From: an uncultured Caldilineales bacterium
GTDB lineage: Bacteria; Chloroflexota; Anaerolineae; J102
DNA: 64,000 bases
Assembly (NCBI GenBank): GCA_964650295.1
Contig: CAZYSY010000095.1
Location: 74 to 64,073, forward strand
Direction: 5' to 3'
Shown: positions 26,901-36,200 of the stretch, piece after piece
Layout of the letters: every line of letters begins with the position of its first letter
How positions within the stretch are numbered: the stretch's first letter is position 1
Notes under the pieces: generated by a model
What the model saw: only the letters and a program-made list of their open reading frames with translations
Told to the model about the DNA's origin: nothing
Databases searched by the model: none
Made by a program: the position numbers and the translations under genes

Positions 26901-29900
26901 CGTTGCGTCAGCGCCTACCCGAATACATGATTCCCGCGGCTTTTGTGCTGTTGGATGAATTGCCGCGGCTGCCCAATGGCAAGATCGACCGCCATTCTCT
27001 GCCTGAGCCAGAGGGTGAACGCCAGGTGGGGCAGGATTTCGTCGCGCCGCGCGATGCCTTGGAATTGTATTTGGCAGACATGTGGCGAGCGCTGTTGGGG
27101 GTGCGTGAGATTGGCGTAAACGACAATTTCTTCGAGTTGGGCGGCAATTCCATTCTGGGAGCGACATTTGTCAATCGTTTGCAGGATCGGTTGGGCGAAT
27201 ACATCTATCTGGTGGCGTTGTTCGACGCTCCCACCATTGCGCAACTGGCCGCTTATCTACGAGAAAACTATCCTATAGGCGTGGCGCGCATGTTGGGTGA
27301 GGATGCTGACGCGGCAGCTCAAACCGTGGCTCGGGCCGCACACGCTCAGGTGGTCACGCCGGCAGACCTGCGCCGGCTACGCGAGCTCATCGTTCCCCTG
27401 CCGCCCCGGCCCGCATCACTGGCGGGTGGGCCAAAAAATCCCCGGGCTGTGTTCATCCTTTCCGCACCTCGGTCTGGCTCCACGCTGCTGCGCGTCATCC
27501 TGGGAGGCAACCCCCGTCTTTTCGCTCCTCCTGAGTTGCAATTGCTCAATTACAACACCCTGGCCCATCAGCAGGCCGCATTGGGCAATGAGCGGGATGA
27601 ATTCTGGCTGGATGGCATCTTGCGGGCTATTATGGAGCTGCGTCAGTGTGATGTGGAGGAGGCCCAAGCCATCTTCCGTTCCTATATCGAACAGAATCTG
27701 ACCATTAAACAATTCTATGGCGTGCTCCAATCCTGGTTGGGCGACCGCATCTTTGTCGATAAAACGCCCAACTATGCTCTGGATGAGCAGGTGCTGCGGC
27801 GGGCGGAAGAGGATTTTGCCGATCCTCTTTACATCCACCTCGTCCGTCATCCATATGCAGTAATTCCCTCCTTCGAGAAAGCCAAGCTCCACGTCTTCTA
27901 TCCTCCCTTTTTCAAAGGAGAACATCCATTTACTCCTGGCCAACTGGCTGAACTCATCTGGCTCGTCAGCCATCAAAACATCCTCAGCTTCTTGCAAGAT
28001 GTGCCAGAGCAGCGGCAACATCGCGTGTATTACGAAGACTTGGTGCAACATCCTTATGAAACAATCAGCAACCTATGCAGTTTCCTCGGTGTCGATTTTC
28101 ATCCCGACATGTTGGAGCCGCAAAAGAACCCCAAGCGACGTATGACCGATGGCATCCATCCTCTGGCGCGCATGGTGGGCGATGTGCGTTTCTTTGAGCA
28201 CAAAGGCATTGATGGCCGTAACGCATATCGCTGGATGGAGAAGCTCGAGGTGGATTATCTCAGCGAGATGACCTGGCAAATGGCCAGCGATTTGGGGTAT
28301 GAGCGTTTACGAGGTTGGCCCAGGCCCGGCGAAAGCCAGGCGCTGGATGCGATCACGCCGCAGCCGCGGGTGGTGGACCAGGAAACTGGCGTTGTCGAAA
28401 ATCTGCCACTCTCCTTCGGACAGGAACGCCTCTGGTTTTTGCATCAGCTGGATCGGGAAAGCGCCAGCTATAACATGCCTTTGGCGTTGCGCATGAGGGG
28501 AGCGTTGCATGTTGCCGCTCTGGAAGAGAGCCTGAACCGGGTGATCCATCGGCATGAGGTGCTCCATACAAGTTTTCCTGCCATCCAGGGGCGCTCTGCC
28601 CTGGCACTGCATCCTGACCTGCATCTGACCTTGGTGGCAGAAGATCTGAACCCGTCGGCAGATGTCATGGCCAGCGCCCAGGAGCTGACTTCCGGTGAGG
28701 CGCAACGTCCTTTTGATTTGGAGCATGGGCCTTTGGTGCGGGCGCGACTTTTGCGCCTGGGGCCCGAGGATCATCTTTTGCTTCTCACCATGCATCACAT
28801 CGTGGCTGATGGCTGGTCCATGGGGGTGTTCGTGCGGGAGGTGGCGGCTTTTTATCGGGCGCTGGTGGCGGGGGAGGCAATAAACCTGCCTGAGCTGCCA
28901 GTGCAATACGCAGATTTCGCCTTTTGGCAACGCCAATGGTTGCAACGAGCGGCAGCGCAACGCCAATTGGCTTATTGGAAGCGCCAACTGGCTGGAGCTC
29001 CCGCACTGTTGGAACTTCCCACCGATTTTCCTCGCCCCCAGGAGCCTACCGAGCGGGGCACTTTCGAGACATTTGCATTGCCAGCGACTCTGGTGGAGCC
29101 ATTGCGCGATCTGGCCAATGAGCAGGGAGCTACCCTGTTCATGGCATTGGTCGCCCTTTTCGAAGTCCTCCTTTATCGCTATTCTGGACAAGAGGATTTC
29201 AACCTGGGCACGCCTGTGGCCGGGCGCACCCGCGCCGAGTTGGAGCCGCTCATCGGATTTTTCGTCAACACCCTGGTGTTACGGGCTGATCTTTCGGGCC
29301 AGCCCGACTTCCGGCAACTATTGGCCCGGGTGCAGGATGTGACCGTGCAGGCTTTCGCCAACCAGGATCTGCCCTTCGAGATGCTGGTGGACGCGTTGCA
29401 GCCGCAGCGGGCCCTGGGACATTCCCCTTTGTTTCAAGTTATGTTTGTGTTGCAAGACGCACCTACCGACGCGTTGCAGTTGCCCGAGTTGACCATCTTC
29501 CCTCAACCCGTAGACACAGGCGCGGCCAAGTTCGATCTCACCCTCTCCATCACCGACATGGGGGGGGAGCTGCGCGGCCTGTTGGAATACAATACAGACC
29601 TTTTTCATCAACAGACCATCCTCCGTATGATTCAGCATCTGCGTCTGCTATTGGAGGGCGTGGTGGCCAACCCGGATCAACCTGTATCCACGTTGCCCAT
29701 GCTCACTCCAGCCCAGAAACGCATGATTTTGCACGACTGGAATGGCCCCGAGGTTGAATATCTCCATTTGCGCCCCGTTCATGAATTGATCGCTGCTCAG
29801 GCCCAACGCACGCCTGAGGCCACTGCGCTCATCTTCGCTGGTCCTGAAAGCGCTCAGACCAAAACCATGAGCTATCGCGAGCTGGATCGCCGCGCCAATC

Positions 29901-32900
29901 AGCTTGCGCATCATCTGCGCACTTTGGGGGCGGGCCCCGATGTACTGGTGGGTTTGATGATGCCGCGTTCTTTGGAGATGATGGTGGGGTTGTTGGGCAT
30001 CCTCAAGGCCGGCGCTGCATATGTGCCCATCGATCCTGACTACCCTGGGGAGCGCATACGTTACATGCTGGATGATGCCGGGGTGCAGGTAGTGGTTTCC
30101 AACCTTCTTCTCGAGGATGACGCTTCTTCCCGTCTACTGCATGTTGTCGATCCCGCGGATGAGACGCTTTTCTCTTATCCTGAGACGCCTCCCAACATCT
30201 CCATCACCCTGGATAATTTGGCTTACGTCATTTATACCTCGGGCTCCACCGGTCAGCCCAAAGGGGTGATGATACCTCACCGCGGGGTGGCGAATCATGC
30301 GTTGGCCCTGAAAGAAATATATGACTTAAGGCCCGATGATCGCATGTTGCAGTTCATCACGCTGAGCTTCGATGCTGCTGGCGAGGAGATTTATCCAACA
30401 CTCATCAGCGGAGCATCTCTGGCGCTCATTCCTTCGGCCACCGATCTCATGGGTGCTGCCCTCTTCCGCTTTTTGCAGGAACACGACATCACCATCGTGC
30501 ATTTTCCCGCCGCGGCCTGGCATCAGAGCTTGGAGGCGTTTTTGGCTCAGGGCGGTCGCTTCCGCGGTAAATTACGCTTGTTGCTGCTGGGCGGAGAACG
30601 GCCAGATTTGCAACGCTTGTGCCAATGGGGGGATGAACTGTCGCAACCTCTGACCTTCATCAATGCTTACGGACCCACCGAAACCACCATCACCGCCACC
30701 CTTTACGCCACCGCCTGTCATAGTCACTCTCTGGCGCATCTCGATAACGTGCCCATTGGGCGACCGATTGCTAATGTCCGCGTCTATGTGTTGGATGAGT
30801 GGCAGCAACTCGCACCCATCGGCGTGCCCGGAGAATTGTACATTGGCGGTGCGGGGGTGGCCCGGGGCTATCTCCACAGGCCTGATCTCACTCCGGCCAG
30901 TTTCCTACCCGATCCTTTTAGTTCCGTGCCGGGGGAGCGCATCTATCGCACCGGCGATCTGGTGCGTTGGTTGCCTGATGGCAATCTGGAATTTTTGGGT
31001 CGCGTGGATGATCAGGTCAAGATCCGGGGATTCCGCGTGGAACTGGGCGAGATCGAGATCCATCTCAAGGCTCATCCGCAGGTGGCTGATGTTGTGGTGC
31101 AGACTCGCAAGAGCATTTCTGGCCATAATCGTTTGGTGGCTTATGTGGTGACTCGGGATGAGGATGTTTCTGCCGCACACCTGGCCGCACACTTGCGCCA
31201 GCGTTTACCCGAATACATGATCCCTTCTGCATTTCTCTTCTTGTCTGCGCTTCCCTTGTTGCCCAATGGCAAGGTGAATCGCCGGGCTTTGCCCGAGCCT
31301 GAATTCAATCGTCCCGAGCTTTCTGCCGAGTACGTGGCCCCGACCACGCCTTCGGAGAAGATTCTGGCCAACATCTGGACGGAGTTGCTGGGGTTGGAAC
31401 AGGTGGGCGTACATGACAATTTTTTCGAGCTTGGTGGTGATTCGATCCTCAGCATTCAGGTTATCGCCCGGGCGCAGCAAGCGGGCCTGCATCTGCAACC
31501 CAAACAGATTTTCCAACACCCCACCATCGCTGGCCTGGCCGCGGTGGCCATGCCCATCCAACCCATCCACGCGGAGCAGGGCGTTGTCGTTGGCGATGCG
31601 CCTCTGACGCCAATCCAGCATTGGTTCTTCCACCTGGATTTGCCAAATCCTCACCATTGGAACCAGTCCATCCTGCTGGAGGTGGATGAGCCGCTGGCAG
31701 AGGAACCCTTGCGGCAGGCTTTGGCTGCCTTGCTGAAACATCATGATGCCCTGCGGTTGCGTTTTCGACGTGAAGAAGATGGCTGGCGACAATGGATCGA
31801 GGATATGGAGGACGACATCCCCCTGGAGGTGGTGAACCTGGCGGACGCACCTGACGCGTCTTTGGCCGATCTCATCCAGCAGAGATCAGCCCAGGCCCAG
31901 GCCGGACTTCATCTGGAACATGGCCCCATGCTGCAAGTGATATATTTCAATCTCGGGCTGCGACGTGCGCATCGTCTGTTGCTGGTGTTGCATCATCTGG
32001 TGGTGGATGGCGTTTCCTGGCGCATCATCACCGAAGACTTACAGAGTGCTTATGCCCAGGCTGTCCAGGGAGATCAGGTTGTTCTTCCTCCCAAAACCAC
32101 CTCTTTCCGTTATTGGGCTCAGCGGTTGCAAGAGTATGCGGCCAGTGAGGATTTGAAGGCGCAAATGGAGTTCTGGCTCCAGGCAGTTGGCGCAGCGCCC
32201 TCTGCTCTGCCTTTGGATTTCCCTGGCGCTGAAAATACCGAGGCTTCGGCGCAATCCTTGAGTCTGGCATTGAGCGCCCAGGAAACCGCAGTTCTCTTGC
32301 AGGATATGCCCGCAGTTTATGGCAGCGATGTGAATCAGGCCTTGCTGACAGCGCTGGCCCTGGCTTTGGGGCGAGATGGCGCTGGCTCCGTACTCATCGA
32401 GCAGGAGGGACATGGCCGCGAAGACCTGTTCTCTGATGTGAATCTTTCACGAACCGTGGGATGGTTTACCTCCATCTACCCCCTGCATCTCGCTTTGCCC
32501 TCAGGCCCTCGCACCTCCGGCCCTCAGCGTCGTGCTGCGGGGTTGGGGCCAGGAGCTGGTTTGGGCGCAGCTGCACAGAAGCGAAGATCTGAGTTTTCGG
32601 CAGATGATTTGGTGGATGCGTTGCAGGCGGTGAGCGTCCAGGTTCGGGCCTTGCCTCAACATGGCCTGGGTTACGGACTGTTGCGCTATTTGCATCCCGA
32701 TCCCCAGGTGCGGGCGCAGCTGGCCGCATTGCCCCAGGCCCAGGTCAGCTTCAACTATTTGGGCCAGTTCGATGCTGGTACGCGACAGGATGACGTTTTT
32801 CGTCTGGCCGCGGAAGCGCGTGGACCTGAACGCGACCCTCGCGGGACACGTCAGCATGTGCTGGAAATCAGTGCCAGCATTGTCGCAGGCGAGTTGCTCA

Positions 32901-33097
32901 TCAACTGGCGTTATAGCCGCAATCTGCATCGCCCGGCCACGGTGCAGCGTCTGGCCGATGACTTTTTGCAGCTTTTGCGTCAGCTGATTGTCCGTTGTCG
33001 TCAAGATGCAGCCCAGGGCAAAACTGCAGTGGATCTCTCGCAGGCTGATCTTTCTGAGCAAGACTTGGATGCGCTGCTGGATGAATTGGATTTCTAA
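23987..33097 (+). CDS. NRPS: C-A-PCP-ST (M6) and C-A-PCP-E (M7)
   Basis: The ORF track starts it at a TTG (23972) that overlaps the upstream stop. ATG 23987 gives 'MSKKLQDLSPEKRALLEKWLKKK', a typical NRPS N-terminus, 11 nt after the upstream TGA. Motifs: C 'HHIVADGWS' (twice), A 'YVIYTSGSTGQPKGV' (twice), PCP 'GGNSILGATFVNRL', sulfotransferase 'FILSAPRSGSTLLRV', PCP 'GGDSILSIQVIARA', E 'TPIQHWFF' and 'HHLVVDGVSW'. Confidence 0.95.
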   Translation: MSKKLQDLSPEKRALLEKWLKKKAMARRQAQAITPRPDPNEYPLSFGQQQLWFFDQLEPNSSLYNISGAVRLRGTLDRQALARSMNQVVQRHAVLRARFITKDGEPRQIIAPELSLPLAYEDLRHLPPAQREAQALAMATTEAQRPFDLANGPLLRAMLLQLDAQEHMVVVSMHHIVADGWSIGIFLREMALLYDAYVQGRNPDLPSLPIQYADYAHWQRQQLQGAKLDEQLQYWEKQLSGIPPLLELPTDHPRSAILSHQGSHYQFRLPSQLTAQLKALSRSQGVTFFSTLLAAYSVLLHRYSRQDDLVVGTPFAHRDKTELENLIGYFVNMLALRTDLAGNPTFRELLGRVHQVVQEAQEHQDLPFEMLVSHIQPRRDPGVSPIFQAALVFQQALPRLQLGELEMELIATDIGTAKVDLSLVVEEDAEGMRCAFRYRTDLFAASTMARMARHFIHLLQSIVQNPDTTVARLPLMGAEERQLLLEKWRGFSIDYGPTLAIQQLFEEQAALTPEAVALEFVPLSPTCPYPPTYMTYAELNRRANQLAHYLRDLGVGPEILVGLQMQRSPEMLVGMLGILKAGGAYLPLDPDYPAERIRYMIDDSGVQIVVTNMAVTSEDASGIHYVHCHASELDSQPETNPEPLTRPEHLAYVIYTSGSTGQPKGVEVLQRGLINHARSLANIYDLGVGDRVLQFITLSFDAAGEEIYPALISGATLVLISSAAELVGGRLLHFCAAHDIHVLHLPASIWHQSVDDMAGAAPLDLSLRVLLVGGERPDLTRLRTWARLHRHPARFINAYGPTESTITALWFETASTPQMVDALELIPVGRPLPNVHVYILDEAMQPVPIGVPGELYIGGVGVARGYLGRPQLTSERFLPDPFLSYPGARIYKTGDLARWLPNGYIEFMGRVDEQVKIRGFRVELGEIESALVLLSAVKEAAVTARVDDGHQRLVAYVVPAHDSLVIDQVREALRQRLPEYMIPAAFVLLDELPRLPNGKIDRHSLPEPEGERQVGQDFVAPRDALELYLADMWRALLGVREIGVNDNFFELGGNSILGATFVNRLQDRLGEYIYLVALFDAPTIAQLAAYLRENYPIGVARMLGEDADAAAQTVARAAHAQVVTPADLRRLRELIVPLPPRPASLAGGPKNPRAVFILSAPRSGSTLLRVILGGNPRLFAPPELQLLNYNTLAHQQAALGNERDEFWLDGILRAIMELRQCDVEEAQAIFRSYIEQNLTIKQFYGVLQSWLGDRIFVDKTPNYALDEQVLRRAEEDFADPLYIHLVRHPYAVIPSFEKAKLHVFYPPFFKGEHPFTPGQLAELIWLVSHQNILSFLQDVPEQRQHRVYYEDLVQHPYETISNLCSFLGVDFHPDMLEPQKNPKRRMTDGIHPLARMVGDVRFFEHKGIDGRNAYRWMEKLEVDYLSEMTWQMASDLGYERLRGWPRPGESQALDAITPQPRVVDQETGVVENLPLSFGQERLWFLHQLDRESASYNMPLALRMRGALHVAALEESLNRVIHRHEVLHTSFPAIQGRSALALHPDLHLTLVAEDLNPSADVMASAQELTSGEAQRPFDLEHGPLVRARLLRLGPEDHLLLLTMHHIVADGWSMGVFVREVAAFYRALVAGEAINLPELPVQYADFAFWQRQWLQRAAAQRQLAYWKRQLAGAPALLELPTDFPRPQEPTERGTFETFALPATLVEPLRDLANEQGATLFMALVALFEVLLYRYSGQEDFNLGTPVAGRTRAELEPLIGFFVNTLVLRADLSGQPDFRQLLARVQDVTVQAFANQDLPFEMLVDALQPQRALGHSPLFQVMFVLQDAPTDALQLPELTIFPQPVDTGAAKFDLTLSITDMGGELRGLLEYNTDLFHQQTILRMIQHLRLLLEGVVANPDQPVSTLPMLTPAQKRMILHDWNGPEVEYLHLRPVHELIAAQAQRTPEATALIFAGPESAQTKTMSYRELDRRANQLAHHLRTLGAGPDVLVGLMMPRSLEMMVGLLGILKAGAAYVPIDPDYPGERIRYMLDDAGVQVVVSNLLLEDDASSRLLHVVDPADETLFSYPETPPNISITLDNLAYVIYTSGSTGQPKGVMIPHRGVANHALALKEIYDLRPDDRMLQFITLSFDAAGEEIYPTLISGASLALIPSATDLMGAALFRFLQEHDITIVHFPAAAWHQSLEAFLAQGGRFRGKLRLLLLGGERPDLQRLCQWGDELSQPLTFINAYGPTETTITATLYATACHSHSLAHLDNVPIGRPIANVRVYVLDEWQQLAPIGVPGELYIGGAGVARGYLHRPDLTPASFLPDPFSSVPGERIYRTGDLVRWLPDGNLEFLGRVDDQVKIRGFRVELGEIEIHLKAHPQVADVVVQTRKSISGHNRLVAYVVTRDEDVSAAHLAAHLRQRLPEYMIPSAFLFLSALPLLPNGKVNRRALPEPEFNRPELSAEYVAPTTPSEKILANIWTELLGLEQVGVHDNFFELGGDSILSIQVIARAQQAGLHLQPKQIFQHPTIAGLAAVAMPIQPIHAEQGVVVGDAPLTPIQHWFFHLDLPNPHHWNQSILLEVDEPLAEEPLRQALAALLKHHDALRLRFRREEDGWRQWIEDMEDDIPLEVVNLADAPDASLADLIQQRSAQAQAGLHLEHGPMLQVIYFNLGLRRAHRLLLVLHHLVVDGVSWRIITEDLQSAYAQAVQGDQVVLPPKTTSFRYWAQRLQEYAASEDLKAQMEFWLQAVGAAPSALPLDFPGAENTEASAQSLSLALSAQETAVLLQDMPAVYGSDVNQALLTALALALGRDGAGSVLIEQEGHGREDLFSDVNLSRTVGWFTSIYPLHLALPSGPRTSGPQRRAAGLGPGAGLGAAAQKRRSEFSADDLVDALQAVSVQVRALPQHGLGYGLLRYLHPDPQVRAQLAALPQAQVSFNYLGQFDAGTRQDDVFRLAAEARGPERDPRGTRQHVLEISASIVAGELLINWRYSRNLHRPATVQRLADDFLQLLRQLIVRCRQDAAQGKTAVDLSQADLSEQDLDALLDELDF
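25488..27005 (+). other. Adenylation domain, M6; code DAEHLGAITK (unassigned)
   Basis: Anchors: 'LSFDAAGEE', 'HVLHLPAS', 'LLVGGER', 'INAYGPTESTIT', 'NGKIDR'. Confidence 0.8.
27056..27258 (+). other. PCP domain, M6, ST-associated subtype
   Basis: 'NDNFFELGGNSILGATFVNRLQDRLG'. It shares 'ATF(V/I)NRLQ' only with the other ST-linked PCP at 60556-60756. Most other non-E PCPs here read 'GGHSLLATQ..SR'; M3 reads 'GGHSLLLAKV'. Confidence 0.8.
27431..28303 (+). other. Sulfotransferase domain ST1 (CurM/Ols ST-like), in-line between PCP(M6) and C(M7)
   Basis: 'AVFILSAPRSGSTLLRVILGGNPRLFAPPELQLL', 'FVDKTPNY', 'LYIHLVRHPYAVIPSF', 'VYYEDLVQHP', 'FLGVDFHPDML', 'GDVRFFEHKGID'. The reading frame was checked codon by codon at both ends. 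Confidence 0.85.
29776..31295 (+). other. Adenylation domain, M7; code DAEHLGAITK (same as M6; residue is epimerised)
   Basis: Anchors: 'LSFDAAGEE', 'TIVHFPAA', 'LLLGGER', 'INAYGPTETTIT', 'NGKVNR'. Confidence 0.8.
31571..33094 (+). other. Epimerisation domain, M7
   Basis: 'AEQGVVVGDAPLTPIQHWFFHLDLPNPHHWNQS', 'HHDALRLRF', 'VLHHLVVDGVSWRI', 'EGHGRED'. Co-linear with the GrsA E domain as I recall it. Confidence 0.9.
33023..33094 (+). other. COM-type donor tail at the end of the E domain
   Basis: 'TAVDLSQADLSEQDLDALLDELDF*', an acidic amphipathic tail like the GrsA/TycA donor COM region. Confidence 0.6.
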
Positions 33098-33127
33098 TAA
33101 TCTCTCCCTATTCCTACACCTCCCGCT

Positions 33128-33202
33128 ATGAGCAAATCTTCTCGCAAGAACATCGAATCTATTTATCCCCTTTCGCCTACACAACAGGGTATGTTGTTTC
33201 AC
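33128..33202 (+). other. COM-type acceptor N-terminus
   Basis: 'MSKSSRKNIESIYPLSPTQQGMLFH'. Compare 'MSKSNIENIYPLSPMQQGMLFH' at 47884. Confidence 0.6.
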
Positions 33203-36200
33203 AGCCTGTACGATCGCGATTCGGGTGTGTATGTGGAGCAACTGGCCGCCACTCTGGTGGGGCCTCTGGATGTGGACGCGTTTCGTCGGGCCTGGCAGCG
33301 AATCATCGACAGACATGAGGTGTTGCGCACCTCTTTTGTCTGGAAGAAACTGGATCGGATGATGCAGGTGGTGCATCGGCGAGTTGAAGCGCCCTTGCTT
33401 CTGGAGGATTGGCAGGGATTTTCGGTTGCGGAACAGGAAAAACGTCTGACCGCATTCATGGAAGCGGAGCGGCGGCAGGGATTCGATCTTGGCAGGGCGC
33501 CGCTCATGCGCCTGGCCCTGTTGCGCATCGGGCCTGAGCGGCACTTTTTTGTGTGGAGCCATCATCACGCCTTACTAGATGGTTGGTCGCTGGCGCAGGT
33601 GCTGCAGGAGGTGTTTGCGCTTTATGAGGGTTTTCGGCAGGGGCGGGATGTGCACCTGGGGGAAGTGCGTCCTTATCGCGATTACATCGAATGGTTGGCG
33701 CAACAGGATGAGGAAGAAGCTGCCACTTTTTGGCGTCGCCGGCTGCAGGGGTTTGATGCGCCCACCTCGCTGGTGGTGGATCGGCCCCGCGGGGCCGAGG
33801 CGGCAACGACAATGCGGTATGGCAAGGTGGAGGTGAAACTCTCTCGCGCCGAAACATCTCAATTGCAAGAGATGGCCCGTAGCAATCAACTTACTCTGAG
33901 CACGGTTTTGCAAGGGGCGTGGGCTTTGCTGCTCAGCCGGTACAATCAAAAGGCGGATGTGTTGTTTGGCGCCACAGTCTCCGGTCGCCCACCCGCATTG
34001 CGTGGAGTGGAGCGCATGGTGGGGCTTTTCATCAACACCATTCCCTTGCGAGTGCAAGTGGATGAATCGCAGCCAGTGGCTGCCTGGTTACAGTCGCTGA
34101 TGCAAGATGTGGGAGAAGCGCTTCTGTTCGATTACGCTCCTTTGACGAAAATTCAACAATGGAGCGATGTTCCGGCGGGAACGCCGCTGTTCGAGAGTAT
34201 TCTGGTTTTTGAAAATTATCCCAAGCAAGAAGCAGCCCAGGCGCAACATTCCAGCCTGGTTGTGACCGATGTGCATGGGGTTGAGTACAGCAACTATCCC
34301 CTGGCTGTGGTCTCGGCTCCCGCTGAGGAATTTACCGTGCGTCTGCGTTATGACCGTGTTCGTTTCGATGACGAGGCCATCGGCCGCATGGCTGGGCACT
34401 TGGCTCAGTTATTGCGAGGCTTTGCAAAAGCGCCCGCACGGGCACTGGCCGATATTGCCATGCTGGGGCAGGAGGAGCGCGACAAACTGTTGCAAGGCTG
34501 GAATGCCACGATCCGAACTTATCCTGATTCGACGGTGGCGGCGTTGTTCCAGGCTCAGGTTGCGGCCAGCCCGCAGGCTTCAGCATTATCCTTTGGCGAT
34601 GAACGATGGACATACGCCGAGCTCAATGCCCGGGCTAATCAGCTGGCTCACCACTTGCGAGCTCTGGGGCTGGGAGATAAACCAGTGGGGATCATGCTCA
34701 GGCATTCTCCTGAGATGATTCAGGCAGTGTTGGCTGCGCTCAAGGCGGGCGTTCCCTATGTGCCCATCGACCCCGATTATCCGCGGCAGCGAGTGCGGTT
34801 CATGGTGGAGGATGCAGGCATATCGGTGGTAATCACTGACGATGAGAGGTTAATGGTGGATGATGATTTTCGTCACATCATTTGGCTGCACCCTGCTCAA
34901 GCGGAGGTGGCGTCTCAGCCCGTTTACAATCCCGCAGGAAAAATCAAGCCCGGACAACTGGCCTATATCCTCTACACCTCCGGTTCAACTGGCCTACCCA
35001 AGGGCGTGATGATCACCCATGCCAATCTGACCAATTATCTGCACTGGGTGAATGAAACCATTTACAATGAAAAGATGCTCGCGCTGCCTCTGGTCACCAG
35101 GCTTTCTTTCGACGCCTCGCTCAAGCAGTTTTTGGCTCCCTTGCTGCGAGGAGGCGAGGTGTGGGGTGTTGTCGCAGAAGTGTTGCAAGACCCCGCGGCT
35201 TTGGTGCAGGAGTTGGGAACCAGAGAGCTGGTGGGATTCAATGGCGTGCCCTCTTTGTGGCGGGCCATGCTGGAGGCCATTCGGCGAGAGGGCGTGCCCT
35301 CTCCAGGAACGAAGCTGACTCGCCTTTTTCTGGGCGGCGAGTCATTAAGTCCCGACCTGGTGGCCGCAACGCTGGAGCTTTTCCCTCACATCGAAATCTA
35401 CAACGTGTATGGTCCCACCGAAACCACAGCCAATGCCAGCATGGGCCAGGTTCACGCTCCTGATGATGTCAACATTGGTTATCCTGTGGCTAACACTCGT
35501 TTGTATGTGTTGGATGAGCGGAGGCGACTGTTGCCGGTGGGCGTGCCTGGAGAGTTGTACATCGGCGGCGCCGGCGTGGCTCAGGGTTATCTCCACCGAC
35601 CTGCCCAAACCGCACACTCTTTTCTGCCAGATCCCTTTGCCAAGGAGCCTGGAGCGCGGTTGTATCGCAGTGGCGATGTGGTGCGCCGTCGGAATGATGG
35701 CGTATTGAGTTTTGTGGGACGTCATGATCAACAGGTTAAACTCAATGGTTATCGCATCGAATTAGGCGAGATCGAAGTTGTCTTGCAAGAGCATGCGGCG
35801 GTAGCGCAGGCCGTAGTGTTGGTGCGCCGCATCCCCGACCAGGCGGAAGACGGAATTGATGCGCAGCATCTGGTGGCCTACATCGCGCCAGAGGCAGGAA
35901 AGGAGCCATCGGTGGCTGAATTGCGCAACCATCTTCAGGATCGCCTACCCGCTTACATGATTCCGTCCATCTTCATTACGCTTAGGCAGATGCCGCTGCT
36001 ACCCAATGGCAAGATCGATCGTCAAGCGCTGCCCGATCCTGTCCAGGCGGATGCTTTGGTGGATGCTCCCTATCGCGCTCCGCGCTCTCCGGTTGAGGAA
36101 ATGTTGGTGGAGTTGTGGAGTCGGGTGTTGGGCGCGTCCCGGGTGGGCGTGGATGATGATTTCTTCCAACTGGGCGGGCATTCGTTGCTGGCCACCCAGC

